A DNA stretch of 64,000 bases from Candidatus Cloacimonadales bacterium (GCA_963674825.1 OY771587.1:2560001-2624000), one strand, 5' to 3'; numbered from the stretch's first letter, positions 53,352-63,857 are shown. Program-made: numbers and translations. Notes: a model not told the origin generated them from the letters alone.

Positions 53352-54380
53352 ATGCATTGGGGTAATCCCGGACTTTTATCGCTTCTGCTTCTCATCCCGC
53401 TGTACATGGTGTTCATCTGGGTGAGTGCGAGGCTCAGAGTAAAATATTTTCAACGTTTTGCGGACAAACGGTTTTACAACTATTTTCTGCAAGAGTTTTC
53501 CAGCTTCCACTGGAATCTGAAAAATGTGATTCTGCTGGTAGCGCTATTCTTCATGATCGTTGCGGCCGCTCGTCCGCAATGGGGTAAGGAAATGACCATC
53601 ATGAAGAAAGAAGGGCTGGATATCGTGGTCTGCATCGATGTTTCCAAGAGTATGGACGCGCAGGATATTAAGCCCAGTCGCATCGACCGCGCCAAAGACC
53701 AGATCGCCCGTTTCGTGGATCAGCTCAAATCGGACCGTGTAGCGCTGGTGGCGTTTGCTGGCCGGGCGTATGTGCAATGTCCCCTGACAGATGACTATGG
53801 TGCGCTCCGCATGTATCTGGAGCTTCTCGATACCAATGCTGTGTCTGTTTATGGCACCGATATTGGAAAAGCGCTCACGACAGCGAACGAGCTGTTTGAG
53901 CAGTCGCATAAATACAAGGTGATTGTATTGATCAGCGATGGCGAAGATCTCGAAGAGAATGCGATCGACGTCGCGGAAGAGCTGGCGAAACAGGGTGTGG
54001 TGATCTACACGCTGGGTGTCGGATCGCAGCAGGGTTCGCCCATTATGCTGACGGATAAAAATGGCAATCGTGAATATGCCAAGGACGATGAAGGCAATAT
54101 CATCCAAACCAAGATGGACGTGCGCACACTGAGCCAGGTAGCACAGGTAGCGCATGGTAGATTCTACCCGGTAACGCCGCGTCAGTCTGAGATCACGGAA
54201 ATCCTGAAAGAAATTGAGCAGATGGAAAAACGAAAGTTCGATAGCAAGGAATTCGAGAAATACCAGGATCGCTACCAGTATTTCGTATTTGCGGTAATTG
54301 TGCTTCTGATCATCGAAGCGCTCATTATTGCTCGCCGGAAGGTAAAATGGGTACGCAATCCCGAGGAGGTTTCGAGATGA
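53352..54380 (+). CDS. batB: vWA-domain protein BatB
   Basis: ARPQWG, DVSKSM.AQDIKPSRI..AK, PLTDDY and LISDGED motifs. Confidence 0.88.
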   Translation: MHWGNPGLLSLLLLIPLYMVFIWVSARLRVKYFQRFADKRFYNYFLQEFSSFHWNLKNVILLVALFFMIVAAARPQWGKEMTIMKKEGLDIVVCIDVSKSMDAQDIKPSRIDRAKDQIARFVDQLKSDRVALVAFAGRAYVQCPLTDDYGALRMYLELLDTNAVSVYGTDIGKALTTANELFEQSHKYKVIVLISDGEDLEENAIDVAEELAKQGVVIYTLGVGSQQGSPIMLTDKNGNREYAKDDEGNIIQTKMDVRTLSQVAQVAHGRFYPVTPRQSEITEILKEIEQMEKRKFDSKEFEKYQDRYQYFVFAVIVLLIIEALIIARRKVKWVRNPEEVSR

Positions 54381-55126
54381 GACGCCTGACACTATTATTC
54401 GCGCTGCTTGCGACATCGCTGATGCTTTCGGCGGAAATCCTTACCTACGATAAAGTTCTGACCAACCTCAAGGGCGTTGAGGCCTATAAAGACGGCGATA
54501 TCGAGAAAGCGCAGAGCCATTTCGAGGAAAATGCGATTGACAATCCTCGCGACGGCGCACTTCATTACAATCTGGGAAACGCCTACTTTCAGAACGGAAA
54601 CATGGAGCAGGCGGAACAGGAATATTTGATGTCGCTTCGAGACGAGGATTTCAAGGATGCCTCCCGCTCGTATCAGAATCTTGGTAACATCTACTTCCAG
54701 AATCAGGAATACGAGAAAGCGTTGAACAGCTTCTGGCAGTCGGTAGTGGATAATCCGCAAAACGAAGACGCCCGTTATAATTACGAGCTGACCAAGCGCT
54801 ACATGCAACAGCAACAACAACAGCAGCAGCAACAGCAGCAGAATTCGGATCAGAACCAGGATCAGGATAAGCAGCAACAGCAACAACAGCAACAGGGCGA
54901 CAAAGAGGACGAGAAGAAAGATCAGCAGCAGCAACAACAGCAACAGCAGGATCAGGAGAAAAAAGAGCAACAGCAACAGCAACAAGCCCAAAAATCGAAA
55001 GAAGAGATGAAAAAGGAAGACGCTGAAAAATTGCTCAAAGCCTTGCTCGAGAAAGAAAAAGATGAACAAAAAAAGCAGAAGGAACAAGAGCAGGGAACAC
55101 CTCGCCAGAAGGGTAAGTATTGGTAA
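54377..55126 (+). CDS. batC: TPR protein BatC with poly-Gln linker
   Basis: HYNLGNAY, YQNLGNIY and P..EDARYNYEL motifs, Gln-rich tract, C-terminal KYW. Confidence 0.85.
   Translation: MRRLTLLFALLATSLMLSAEILTYDKVLTNLKGVEAYKDGDIEKAQSHFEENAIDNPRDGALHYNLGNAYFQNGNMEQAEQEYLMSLRDEDFKDASRSYQNLGNIYFQNQEYEKALNSFWQSVVDNPQNEDARYNYELTKRYMQQQQQQQQQQQQNSDQNQDQDKQQQQQQQQGDKEDEKKDQQQQQQQQQDQEKKEQQQQQQAQKSKEEMKKEDAEKLLKALLEKEKDEQKKQKEQEQGTPRQKGKYW
54805..54990 (+). repeat. CAG/CAA low-complexity tract encoding the poly-Gln linker of BatC
   Basis: Runs of (CAA/CAG)n visible at 54805-54990. Confidence 0.85.
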
Positions 55127-55143
55127 TAAGGGGAGATAAGCCC

Positions 55144-56919
55144 ATGAGATATATCGCGATAAGCATACTGTTAATCATGCTCGTAGCGCCACTATTTGGC
55201 GATGTCGAGCTGCGATCCTACGTTGACAGGACTAAGGTCGGATTGAGCGACACATTCACCTTCTCGGTCGAGGTCTCCACCAGCGGTGGAGAAGATGTGG
55301 GAACGCCTGAATTGCCCAAGATCGATTTTGTGGAGAATCTCGGTGTATCGACCTCGGCGTCATCATCCTACACGATGGTGAACGGGAAAATGTCGTCGAA
55401 CCGAACGAATACTTATAGCTTCACACTTCAGCCGCTCAAAAAGGGCAACTTTGTCATACCGCCCATAACCCTGACCTATAAAGGAAAAGCCTTCTCAACC
55501 AAGCCAATTGGTGTTACAATTGTCGAAGGCAGTACAAGGCCAGCACCTCAAGCAAGTTCGCCGTTCCGACAGAACAACCGGCAGGATACCAGCGATGACC
55601 AGAAGTTGGAAGACAACCTCTTCATCGAGACACAGGTCTCGCAAACCAAGGCTTACAAGGGCGAGCCGATTCGCGTTACCTACATGCTTTTTACCCGCTA
55701 CAACGTCACCAACATGAGTTTTTCGGGTGACCCCGATTACAAGGGCTTCTGGAAAGAAGATATTTTCATGGCGAACAAGGTCGGATTTGACCGCGTGACA
55801 AAGAATGGCATTTCGTATAATCGCATGAAGCTTTCCGAGATCGAGCTGGTTCCGAACGAATCCGGCACCTTGACGATCCCAGGAATCGAAATGAATATCG
55901 AGTTGCTCAAACGCTCCCGTGATTTTTTTGATTTTGACCGCACCAACAGTTATCGGATCAAGGGTCCGGACCGCAATATTCAGGTCAGCGAGCTGCCAAT
56001 GCAGGGCAGGCCGATGAGCTTCACCGGGGCAATCGGTAACTTCAAGATCCGCAGCCGTATCGACAAGAACGAGCTAAAGGTGGGGGATTCCTTCACTTAT
56101 ACCTTGAAGCTGACCGGTGACGGCAATTTCATGAAGTTCGAGATACCTAAACTTCCCGAGGTCCAGCACCTGCATTTCCTTGCGCCAGAGGTTAAATCTG
56201 ATGCCAACGGCAAGACAGCCAAGTATCCCTGTATTGCGCAGGAAGAGGGAACATTCACCATCCCGGCGATCGAATTCAGTTACTTTGATCCACGCCAGGA
56301 GAAATATATCACCGACAAGACCGAGGCTTATACACTTCACGTCTCACCCGGTGAAGGGACCCCCGGTTACATCTCCCGTACGCCCGGCGTGGCGCAGTCA
56401 GCGGTTGAGATGGAAGGTATGGACATCGATTTTATTGTTCGAGAGACGGTTTTGGAGAACTACAGGCCCTACTTCTCTCGTCCGCTTTACTGGCTGGCAT
56501 GGCTTATCGTATTCTTATTAATCCCGGCAGCCGGTTTCTATGCTCGCGAGCGGCAGAAGGCGATGGGCAACGTTGATTACATCCGTCAGCGAAAGGCGCG
56601 CTCGATCCTTCACAAGTACCTCAAACAGGCATCCAGCGAAGTTGGAAAGATCGAGTTTTACGCTTCAGCACAAACGGGCCTGTCCAATTATCTTGCGGAC
56701 AAGCTCAGGCTTCCGCGAGGCAGCACAGCGGATGCACTGCTATCAACGCTGGAGAAGCGACAACCTGAGGCTGACCTGCTGGCGAGATTGAAGGCGTTCT
56801 TCGAGCGCTGCAACCAAGCGCGGTTCATGCCGGGTGGATTTTCCACGGAGAATATACGCGATGATTTCTCAACGCTCAAATCGCTTGTCGGTGAGCTTTC
56901 TAAGATGAGGTGGAAATGA
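55144..56919 (+). CDS. batD: BatD family protein
   Basis: Signal peptide, S....NGK, G.F.IPP, F.GAIGNF and FSYFDP motifs, C-terminal TM helix. Confidence 0.88.
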   Translation: MRYIAISILLIMLVAPLFGDVELRSYVDRTKVGLSDTFTFSVEVSTSGGEDVGTPELPKIDFVENLGVSTSASSSYTMVNGKMSSNRTNTYSFTLQPLKKGNFVIPPITLTYKGKAFSTKPIGVTIVEGSTRPAPQASSPFRQNNRQDTSDDQKLEDNLFIETQVSQTKAYKGEPIRVTYMLFTRYNVTNMSFSGDPDYKGFWKEDIFMANKVGFDRVTKNGISYNRMKLSEIELVPNESGTLTIPGIEMNIELLKRSRDFFDFDRTNSYRIKGPDRNIQVSELPMQGRPMSFTGAIGNFKIRSRIDKNELKVGDSFTYTLKLTGDGNFMKFEIPKLPEVQHLHFLAPEVKSDANGKTAKYPCIAQEEGTFTIPAIEFSYFDPRQEKYITDKTEAYTLHVSPGEGTPGYISRTPGVAQSAVEMEGMDIDFIVRETVLENYRPYFSRPLYWLAWLIVFLLIPAAGFYARERQKAMGNVDYIRQRKARSILHKYLKQASSEVGKIEFYASAQTGLSNYLADKLRLPRGSTADALLSTLEKRQPEADLLARLKAFFERCNQARFMPGGFSTENIRDDFSTLKSLVGELSKMRWK

Positions 56920-57686
56920 TGAGAACCAGATACATTTTGATCGCGCTTCTGATGCTAACCTTTGCTGCTGGCATATACGCACAGACGGCCGAGAGCGTAT
57001 TCGAAGATGGTGTGAAGGCATATGAAAACGGCGATTTCCAATCTGCGCTGGAAAGCTTCTCATCGCTGGTACACAAGAAGATCGTCAACGCCGACCTATA
57101 TTACAACATCGGTAATTGCTACTACCGCCTGGATGACCTCGGTCATGCCATCCTCAATTATAAACGCGCACTGCGCATCGATCCCGGTCACGCACGAGCG
57201 CTGAATAGCCTGGAATTTACACTTACGCAGACACAGGACAAACAGCAGGATCATTCCGGTGACGAAGTATCCAGTTTTCTGACAAAAATCAACCGGATGA
57301 TCAGCCTGAACACGATCGCATTGATCATAGGAATTCTGCTTCTGGTTGTCGTGCTTTTGATCGTGGTTCTGATACTCTTCTATCGTGGACGAGAGAAGAG
57401 TGTCCCGCTGTTTTTTCTCTACATCGCGATTGTCATATTTATCATCGCGAGTATATACGGCTGGGCCCGATGGCGTCACTTCGGGGATAACGAGCAGGCT
57501 GTATTGCTTGCAGATACGGCCGTGGGATACAGTGGTCCAGGGCTGGACTACACCCGTGTTTTCACCATCCACGAAGGCCATATCTTCCAGGTCATGAAGC
57601 GTGAAGCTGAGTGGAGCCAGGTGAAGCTCGGTAACGGGCTTGGCGGCTGGATCCAGACACAGAGTTACGAGAGAGTCGTCAAGTAG
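56916..57686 (+). CDS. batE: TPR + SH3-like protein BatE
   Basis: LYYNIGNCYY, AILNYKRAL, two TM helices, C-terminal FTIHEG...W.QVKL.NG..GWI. Confidence 0.85.
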   Translation: MMRTRYILIALLMLTFAAGIYAQTAESVFEDGVKAYENGDFQSALESFSSLVHKKIVNADLYYNIGNCYYRLDDLGHAILNYKRALRIDPGHARALNSLEFTLTQTQDKQQDHSGDEVSSFLTKINRMISLNTIALIIGILLLVVVLLIVVLILFYRGREKSVPLFFLYIAIVIFIIASIYGWARWRHFGDNEQAVLLADTAVGYSGPGLDYTRVFTIHEGHIFQVMKREAEWSQVKLGNGLGGWIQTQSYERVVK

Positions 57687-57695
57687 CTGTCGGTA

Positions 57696-57822
57696 TCCGC
57701 ACGCATCTTTGTCCGATCCCCTCCGTCGCGTAAATATACTGCGCATTCGGACTATCGGACACGAGAATTAATGCGCAGAACACTACGCATCCTGCGGGGA
57801 TCGAACGAATCTACTGTGCGGA
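57696..57822. repeat. Long (~127 nt) imperfect inverted repeat / rod-like structure
   Basis: Paired blocks TCCGCAC/GTGCGGA, CGATCCCC/GGGGATCG, GCGTA/TACGC and CTGCGCATT/AATGCGCAG. Confidence 0.7.
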
Positions 57823-57937
57823 AGTGGTGTTTGGCGTGTTGTAGCTTGCCCATGGAAATTGCAATGTTTTCACCATCTGTTTTACTTGACAGTTCGTCGG
57901 TACCATCGATTTTTGCAGTAAACGAAAGAGGTGACGA

Positions 57938-59008
57938 ATGACAAAACTGCAACTTCTTCAAGAACTATGCGATACGCCCGGTATCTCCGGTTTTGAAAAA
58001 CCAGTTCGGGAGATCATGATTCGTGAATTAACAGGCGATTACAAAAAAGATCGCCTTGGTTCGATCGTGTTCGAGCGAAAAGGATCGTCGGAAGGTCCGA
58101 AGCTGCTCTTCGTAGGGCACATGGACGAAGTCGGTTTCATCGTGTTCGACATCACGGAAAGCGGCCTGATCAAGGTTCAGCCGATCGGCGGTTGGGATCC
58201 CGGAACGCTGATGTCGCAGTCGGTCGATATCATCAACAACGATGGCGAAAAAGTTTACGGGATTTTCGGATCGGTCCCCAAGCACTACATGAAGGCCGGC
58301 GAATCCGCCTCGGTGGACATGGACAGCCTTTTCATCGATATCGGCGCAGCATCGCGGGATGAAGTGCAGGAGAAGTTCAACATCAGTCGCGGCAACGCAA
58401 TCGTTCCCCACTGCGTACCCAACTATACCGAGCTTACCGATCGTTATTTCAATAAAGCATTCGACAACCGCGTTGGTATTGGCGCTGCAATCGAACTTGG
58501 GAAGGTTCTAACAGAAGTCGATCACCCCAATACGGTCTATTGTGCCGGTACGGTGCAGGAAGAGGTTGGCGTACGAGGCGCGCAAGTGATAACCAGCATC
58601 GTCAAGCCCGACATCGCGTTTATCCTGGAAGGACCTCCAGCAGACGATACGATCGGGCAGTATCTGAAATCTTCACCGCAGAGCTGTGTTGGCAAGGGCG
58701 TCCACGTGCGGCTGTACGATCCCAGCATGCTGGTGCATCAAGGCCTGGCAAACTACGTGATCGAGATTGCGAAAAAGCATAATATCCCGATCCAGCTAGC
58801 AGTTCGAAAGGGTGGAGGAACCGACGGGGCGCGGATTCATCTGGCGCATGAAGGTATCCCATCCATCGTTTTAGGTGTCCCGGTTCGTTACGCACATAGC
58901 CATATCGGTTCGATATCCATGGAAGATTACGAGAACATGATTCGCCTGATCACGGTGATCAGTCGCGAATTCGACCAAGATACATTGCATACCATACTGG
59001 ATTCCTGA
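57938..59008 (+). CDS. M42 family aminopeptidase (TET/FrvX)
   Basis: GISGFE, GHMDEVG, FIDIGA, KAFDNR, QEEVG.RGA, GGTDG and RYAHS motifs. Confidence 0.93.
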   Translation: MTKLQLLQELCDTPGISGFEKPVREIMIRELTGDYKKDRLGSIVFERKGSSEGPKLLFVGHMDEVGFIVFDITESGLIKVQPIGGWDPGTLMSQSVDIINNDGEKVYGIFGSVPKHYMKAGESASVDMDSLFIDIGAASRDEVQEKFNISRGNAIVPHCVPNYTELTDRYFNKAFDNRVGIGAAIELGKVLTEVDHPNTVYCAGTVQEEVGVRGAQVITSIVKPDIAFILEGPPADDTIGQYLKSSPQSCVGKGVHVRLYDPSMLVHQGLANYVIEIAKKHNIPIQLAVRKGGGTDGARIHLAHEGIPSIVLGVPVRYAHSHIGSISMEDYENMIRLITVISREFDQDTLHTILDS

Positions 59009-59850
59009 TGGAAACGAGGCCCGGTCCCAAACACCCCATCGGAATCTTCGATTCCGGCGTCGGTGGCCTGACGGTTTTCCGGGAGATTCGTCGTCTGTTC
59101 CCGCATGAGGATATCGTCTATTTCGGCGATACCGCACGGGTGCCTTACGGACCAAAGTCACGCGATACAGTTATAAACTATTCGATTCAGAATGCTCGCT
59201 TTCTGCTTCAGCTCGGAGCTAAGATCATTGTTGTCGCATGCAATACCGCCGCATCTGTCGCGCTACCAGCGCTTAAAGCACGGTTTGCCGTGCCCATCAT
59301 CGGTGTGATCGAGCCCGGTGCACGCATGGCTGTGGAAGCTACCCAAAACCATCGTATCGGCGTGATCGGTACAGAGGGTACAGTGCGTAGCAAGGCCTAC
59401 ATGCATGCGATCCAGCAGATCGATCCCAATCAGGAAGTACTCGGCACGGCCTGTCCGCTCTTTGTTCCGCTAGCGGAAGAAGGCTGGGAAGACCACCCGG
59501 TAACCCGCTCGGTCGCGCAGGAATATCTTCACGATTTACTGTCCCGGAATATCGATACGCTCGTGCTTGGCTGCACGCACTACCCAATCTTGAAAAAAAC
59601 CATCCAGGAGGTCGCCGGTAACTCGGTAACGCTGATCGACAGCGCCGAAGCCATCGCGCGGCACCTGAAAGAAATCCTTCCCGAACCGCAGAGCAGCGGT
59701 GAGGGCCACGATCAATTTTTTGTGAGTGACAACGAACAGAAATTTGAGCAAATCGCAAGGAAGATACTTCAGAATCATGTCAAACCACTACGAAAAGTCG
59801 GACTCGGAGAAACCTGGTTCCTGGAAAATCTGGAACCATCTTGTCAGTAA
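59008..59850 (+). CDS. murI: Glutamate racemase
   Basis: FDSGVGGL, GDTARVPYG, ACNTA and LGCTHYP motifs. Confidence 0.97.
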   Translation: METRPGPKHPIGIFDSGVGGLTVFREIRRLFPHEDIVYFGDTARVPYGPKSRDTVINYSIQNARFLLQLGAKIIVVACNTAASVALPALKARFAVPIIGVIEPGARMAVEATQNHRIGVIGTEGTVRSKAYMHAIQQIDPNQEVLGTACPLFVPLAEEGWEDHPVTRSVAQEYLHDLLSRNIDTLVLGCTHYPILKKTIQEVAGNSVTLIDSAEAIARHLKEILPEPQSSGEGHDQFFVSDNEQKFEQIARKILQNHVKPLRKVGLGETWFLENLEPSCQ

Positions 59851-59863
59851 GGGACAGGTTACA

Positions 59864-60964
59864 ATGGTCAATTACCCGGTCATAGCGTTCAAAATCGCAA
59901 ACATCATTCTTGGAATCAAGAAGAATGACGTGGTCTCGATCAGTGGCGACATCCACAATTCGCCCAGGGACGAGGCGATCGAGGATGTGCTGGCAGAGCT
60001 TCCTCTGGTTGAGGAACTGGCTCTCGCTGTGCGCAAGAAAAAGGCCTTTCCGGTAATCGATCTTTCCACCGATAACCTCAAGCGGCGCTTCCTCTCGGAA
60101 ATGCCTGAAGATATCTACGAACTTCCGCTCTCCTACTACACACGTTGGGTGGAGGCGATCGATTTCTTCATCGATATTGGTTGGCGCAACATGCCGCAGC
60201 TTTATTCCGGTATCGAAGACAAGCTGTTCGGCAAGATCAAGGAATCGACGCAGGAGATCTGGAACGTGATCAACAGCAAAGGCAAGCGCGTGCTGTTCCT
60301 CGGATTTCCAACGCATTCGCTGGCCGAGTTTTTCGATCTGGAGTACGACAAGCTTCTGGCGATGTATTTCAAGGGACTGGATTGCGATTATAACCGTATC
60401 ATCCATATATCGGAAGAGCTGAAGAATGAATTGATCAGGCTGGGTACGTTCAAGTTGGGTACGTTCGAAAACGATCAGGCGGAAGTTGCTTCGCTGGATA
60501 TAAAGCTGAACAAGAATTTTGCCGAATCAATGCCGTCACATCCATTCATGGAAAAGACGCTGGTTCTTCCGGGCGGCAAGCTCGAATTCGAGCTCGATAA
60601 AGAGATGCTGACCGGTGTTCTGGTGGCCGAATGCGGATACTACACAAAACACGTGTTCCACAACGTCCGGATCCACTTTGCCGAGGGCAAGATTTATTAC
60701 GTGGAATTCGACGCAGGCGTAAAGGGTGGAAACAAGTTCCGAAACGCCATCATGAACCGCAGCGGAAACTATCGGCTCTGTATCGGGCTGAACGAGAAGA
60801 TCACCGAGACCACCGGCTATTACTTATATGACCTTGTGATGCAAGGAAACGTGTCGATCAAGATGTTCTCGTTCCAGGGTGAGGAGATCATCCTATCTAC
60901 ACGCAAGGCGAAACTGATTACCGAAAACGAAGAACATTTGCTTCGAGATATAATTTACGGATAA
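59864..60964 (+). CDS. Hypothetical protein, degenerate M29 (AmpT/AmpS) aminopeptidase-like
   Basis: L.IKKND.V.I.G, LVEEL, FPT...A, LPGG, F..GKI and L.IGLN follow the M29 pattern, but the metal ligands appear substituted; start ATG 59864. Confidence 0.5.
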   Translation: MVNYPVIAFKIANIILGIKKNDVVSISGDIHNSPRDEAIEDVLAELPLVEELALAVRKKKAFPVIDLSTDNLKRRFLSEMPEDIYELPLSYYTRWVEAIDFFIDIGWRNMPQLYSGIEDKLFGKIKESTQEIWNVINSKGKRVLFLGFPTHSLAEFFDLEYDKLLAMYFKGLDCDYNRIIHISEELKNELIRLGTFKLGTFENDQAEVASLDIKLNKNFAESMPSHPFMEKTLVLPGGKLEFELDKEMLTGVLVAECGYYTKHVFHNVRIHFAEGKIYYVEFDAGVKGGNKFRNAIMNRSGNYRLCIGLNEKITETTGYYLYDLVMQGNVSIKMFSFQGEEIILSTRKAKLITENEEHLLRDIIYG

Positions 60965-60988
60965 TATTATAAACTAAGGGGATGGGAA

Positions 60989-62605
60989 ATGGCTAAGTAT
61001 ATTTTTGTGATCGGCGGAGTGGTGTCTTCGCTGGGTAAGGGAATCGCGTCAGCGACGATCGGGCTGCTGCTCAAACGAATGGGCTATAAAATCGGTATGA
61101 TCAAACTCGATCCGTATCTGAATGTCGATCCGGGTACGATGAGCCCGTTCCAGCACGGCGAGGTTTTCGTAACCGACGACGGTGCAGAAACGGACCTCGA
61201 CCTCGGTCACTACGAACGCTTCATCGACAAGAACCTCACCAGGGCTTCAAACATGACCGCTGGAAGGATCTACGAAAGCGTGATCGATAAAGAACGCAAG
61301 GGCGTTTTTCTGGGTAAAACGGTCCAGGTGATCCCGCACGTAACCAACGAAATTATCCTCAACATTCGCAAGCAGGAAGCTGAAAACGATATCATCATCG
61401 TAGAGATCGGCGGAACCGTGGGCGATATCGAGAGCCTTCCGTTCCTGGAAGCAGTTCGTCAGATTCGTCTCGATGTGGGGCCACGTAACAGCCTGTTCGC
61501 ATTCCTCACCTATGTCCCGTATGTCCGCGCAGCCGGTGAACTCAAGACCAAACCAACGCAGCACAGCGTTTATAAACTGCGAGAAATCGGTATTCAGCCC
61601 GATGTGTTGCTTTGCCGCTCCGAAGAGAGCTTCAACGACGAGATCAAGTCTAAGATCGCGCTTTTTACCAACGTGCCCAAGACCCACGTGATCAACGCGA
61701 TCGACGTGGATCACATCTATCGCGTACCAGTCGTCTATTGTGAAGCCGGCTTGCCCAGTATCATCTGCCAGAGTTTGGATATCAAAGAGAAGTCGATCGA
61801 TCTGGGCGATTGGGATCAATTCTTGAAGAATCTTACCGAATCGGATCAGGAAGTGACAATCGCGATTTGCGGTAAATACGTCGAGCATCAGGACGCCTAC
61901 AAGAGCGTCGAGCAATCGCTGATTCACGCGGCGGCATTCCATCGCGTGAAGCCTAAATTCTGCTGGGTCGATACCGAAAAGGCCAACCACAATGACGAGA
62001 TGCAGAAAATGCTGAGTAATGTGGATGGAATCCTTGTTCCGGGTGGATTCGGCGTGCGTGGAATCGACGGCAAAATCGCGGTGGCGAGGTATGCTCGTGA
62101 AAATAACATCCCTTATTTCGGCATCTGCCTCGGTATGCAGGTGGCGGTGATCGAATTTGCCAAGAACGTCTGCGGCCTCAACGGCGCATATAGCGTGGAA
62201 TTCGACGAGACCTGCGAGCATCCGGTCATCTCCATGATGGAAGACCAGAAATACATGGAGTTGGTTGGCGGAACCATGCGTCTTGGCGCGTACGACTGTC
62301 TACTCAAGCCCGATACGTTGGCACATGGTATCTATCGTCAGGACCTCATCTCCGAACGCCATCGCCATCGCTACGAATTCAACAACGACTACCGTGAAAC
62401 CATCAACGAACACGGTATGAAAATAACCGGAACCACGCGCGAAAACCTGCTGGTCGAGATCGTGGAGATTCCGGAACATCCATTCTATATCGGCGTGCAG
62501 TTCCACCCGGAATTCAAGTCCCGTCCGAATCGCCCGCAGCCGATTTTCAGAGACTTTGTCGGCGCGGCGCTGAAGTACAGAATAGAAAAAGAGAACCGGA
62601 AGTAA
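60989..62605 (+). CDS. pyrG: CTP synthase
   Basis: GGVVSSLGKG, DPYLNVDPGTMSP, GICLGMQ, ERHRHRYE and QFHPEF motifs. Confidence 0.99.
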   Translation: MAKYIFVIGGVVSSLGKGIASATIGLLLKRMGYKIGMIKLDPYLNVDPGTMSPFQHGEVFVTDDGAETDLDLGHYERFIDKNLTRASNMTAGRIYESVIDKERKGVFLGKTVQVIPHVTNEIILNIRKQEAENDIIIVEIGGTVGDIESLPFLEAVRQIRLDVGPRNSLFAFLTYVPYVRAAGELKTKPTQHSVYKLREIGIQPDVLLCRSEESFNDEIKSKIALFTNVPKTHVINAIDVDHIYRVPVVYCEAGLPSIICQSLDIKEKSIDLGDWDQFLKNLTESDQEVTIAICGKYVEHQDAYKSVEQSLIHAAAFHRVKPKFCWVDTEKANHNDEMQKMLSNVDGILVPGGFGVRGIDGKIAVARYARENNIPYFGICLGMQVAVIEFAKNVCGLNGAYSVEFDETCEHPVISMMEDQKYMELVGGTMRLGAYDCLLKPDTLAHGIYRQDLISERHRHRYEFNNDYRETINEHGMKITGTTRENLLVEIVEIPEHPFYIGVQFHPEFKSRPNRPQPIFRDFVGAALKYRIEKENRK

Positions 62606-62606
62606 T

Positions 62607-63824
62607 ATGGGAGGAGGCATGACGATTGCTGCAATCAGTGACTGGCTGAACATCTCGATGCAAAGTGCGAGACTGGCAGCGGCTGCCGGCGTGCTGATCC
62701 TCTGCTGGGTTTTATATCTGATCGCGCGGCACATCCTTCTCAAGATCATCGATAAAGTGGTCGAGAAGACCAAGACTTATTGGGACGACGTACTGCGCAA
62801 ACACAAGGTTTTCCGGCGTATGGTGCTGGTAGTCCCGGTGCTGACGCTGTGGTTCTTTGTAGGGCTTTTCCCTGGCGCGCAAGCATTCATTCAAAAGCTC
62901 TGCATCTCGCTGATTGTCATGATCGGCGTGAGCGCTTTCAACGGAGTGTTGAGTAGCATCGAAGAGATTTACGGTGAATTGCCGGTATCTCGCGAAAGGC
63001 CCATCAAAGGTTTCATCCAGATCATCAAGCTGATCCTGATCATCTTTAGCCTGTTTGTGATCGTAGGCGTGCTCATCGATCGTTCGCCTATCTATCTCTT
63101 GAGTGGACTCGGCGCTATGACCGCCATCCTTCTGCTCATATTCAAAGACACTATTCTCTCGTTTGTCGCCAGTGTGCGAATCTCTACCAATGGCCTTATC
63201 AAGATCGGTGACTGGATCAGCTATCCACAGCACGATGCCGACGGCGAAGTGATCGACCTTGCACTGCATTCCATCCGCATCCGCAACTGGGACAAGACCA
63301 TCACCACGATTCCCATGCACAAGCTTCTGGAAGAATCGTTCAAGAACTGGCAGGGGATGGTCGAAACCGGCGGAAGGCGCATCAAGCGTTCGCTTTCTAT
63401 CGATATGAACAGCGTGCGATTTCTTGATGACGAGCTCTTGGAAAAGCTCTCCAAAATTCGTCTGCTGGAAAGCTATGTTAAAGAGAAGCAAGCGGAAATC
63501 GAGGCGTTCAACCGGGAGCTGGAGAAAGAAGGAAAGATTGGCAGCAGCCGCAGAATGACCAATTTCGGCACGTTCCGTGCCTATATTGCGGCGTATCTCA
63601 GAAGCTTGCCCACCATCCGAAAGGATATGACGTTCCTTATTCGCCATCTCGATCCTACGCCCAAGGGTATTCCGCTCGAGGTATACGTCTTCACCGCAAC
63701 CACCGAATGGGGTGCGTACGAGGCAATCCAGGCCGATATTTTCGATCACCTTCTGGCGATCATCTCCGAATTCGACCTGCGCGTATTCCAGGAGCCTTCC
63801 GGCTGGGATTGGCGAGAGAAATAG
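62607..63824 (+). CDS. Small-conductance mechanosensitive channel (YbdG/MscM-like)
   Basis: GLGAMTAILLLIFKDTILSFVAS, GDWI, NWDKTITTIP and FKNWQGM...GGRRIKRS motifs (alternative start 62619). Confidence 0.92.
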   Translation: MGGGMTIAAISDWLNISMQSARLAAAAGVLILCWVLYLIARHILLKIIDKVVEKTKTYWDDVLRKHKVFRRMVLVVPVLTLWFFVGLFPGAQAFIQKLCISLIVMIGVSAFNGVLSSIEEIYGELPVSRERPIKGFIQIIKLILIIFSLFVIVGVLIDRSPIYLLSGLGAMTAILLLIFKDTILSFVASVRISTNGLIKIGDWISYPQHDADGEVIDLALHSIRIRNWDKTITTIPMHKLLEESFKNWQGMVETGGRRIKRSLSIDMNSVRFLDDELLEKLSKIRLLESYVKEKQAEIEAFNRELEKEGKIGSSRRMTNFGTFRAYIAAYLRSLPTIRKDMTFLIRHLDPTPKGIPLEVYVFTATTEWGAYEAIQADIFDHLLAIISEFDLRVFQEPSGWDWREK

Positions 63825-63857
63825 TAAGCTCGATTCAGGCTAACAATTGGTTTTATG

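Noticed and set aside
54805..54990. CAG/CAA repeat tract as a contingency locus, and the antisense poly-Leu ORF 54395-55087
   Set aside because: Mixed CAA/CAG codons encode the Gln-rich linker usual in BatC; the antisense ORF is its shadow
49449..57686. moxR-DUF58-batABCDE as the novel system
   Set aside because: A well-known conserved operon in Bacteroidota, spirochaetes and others; gene order here is standard
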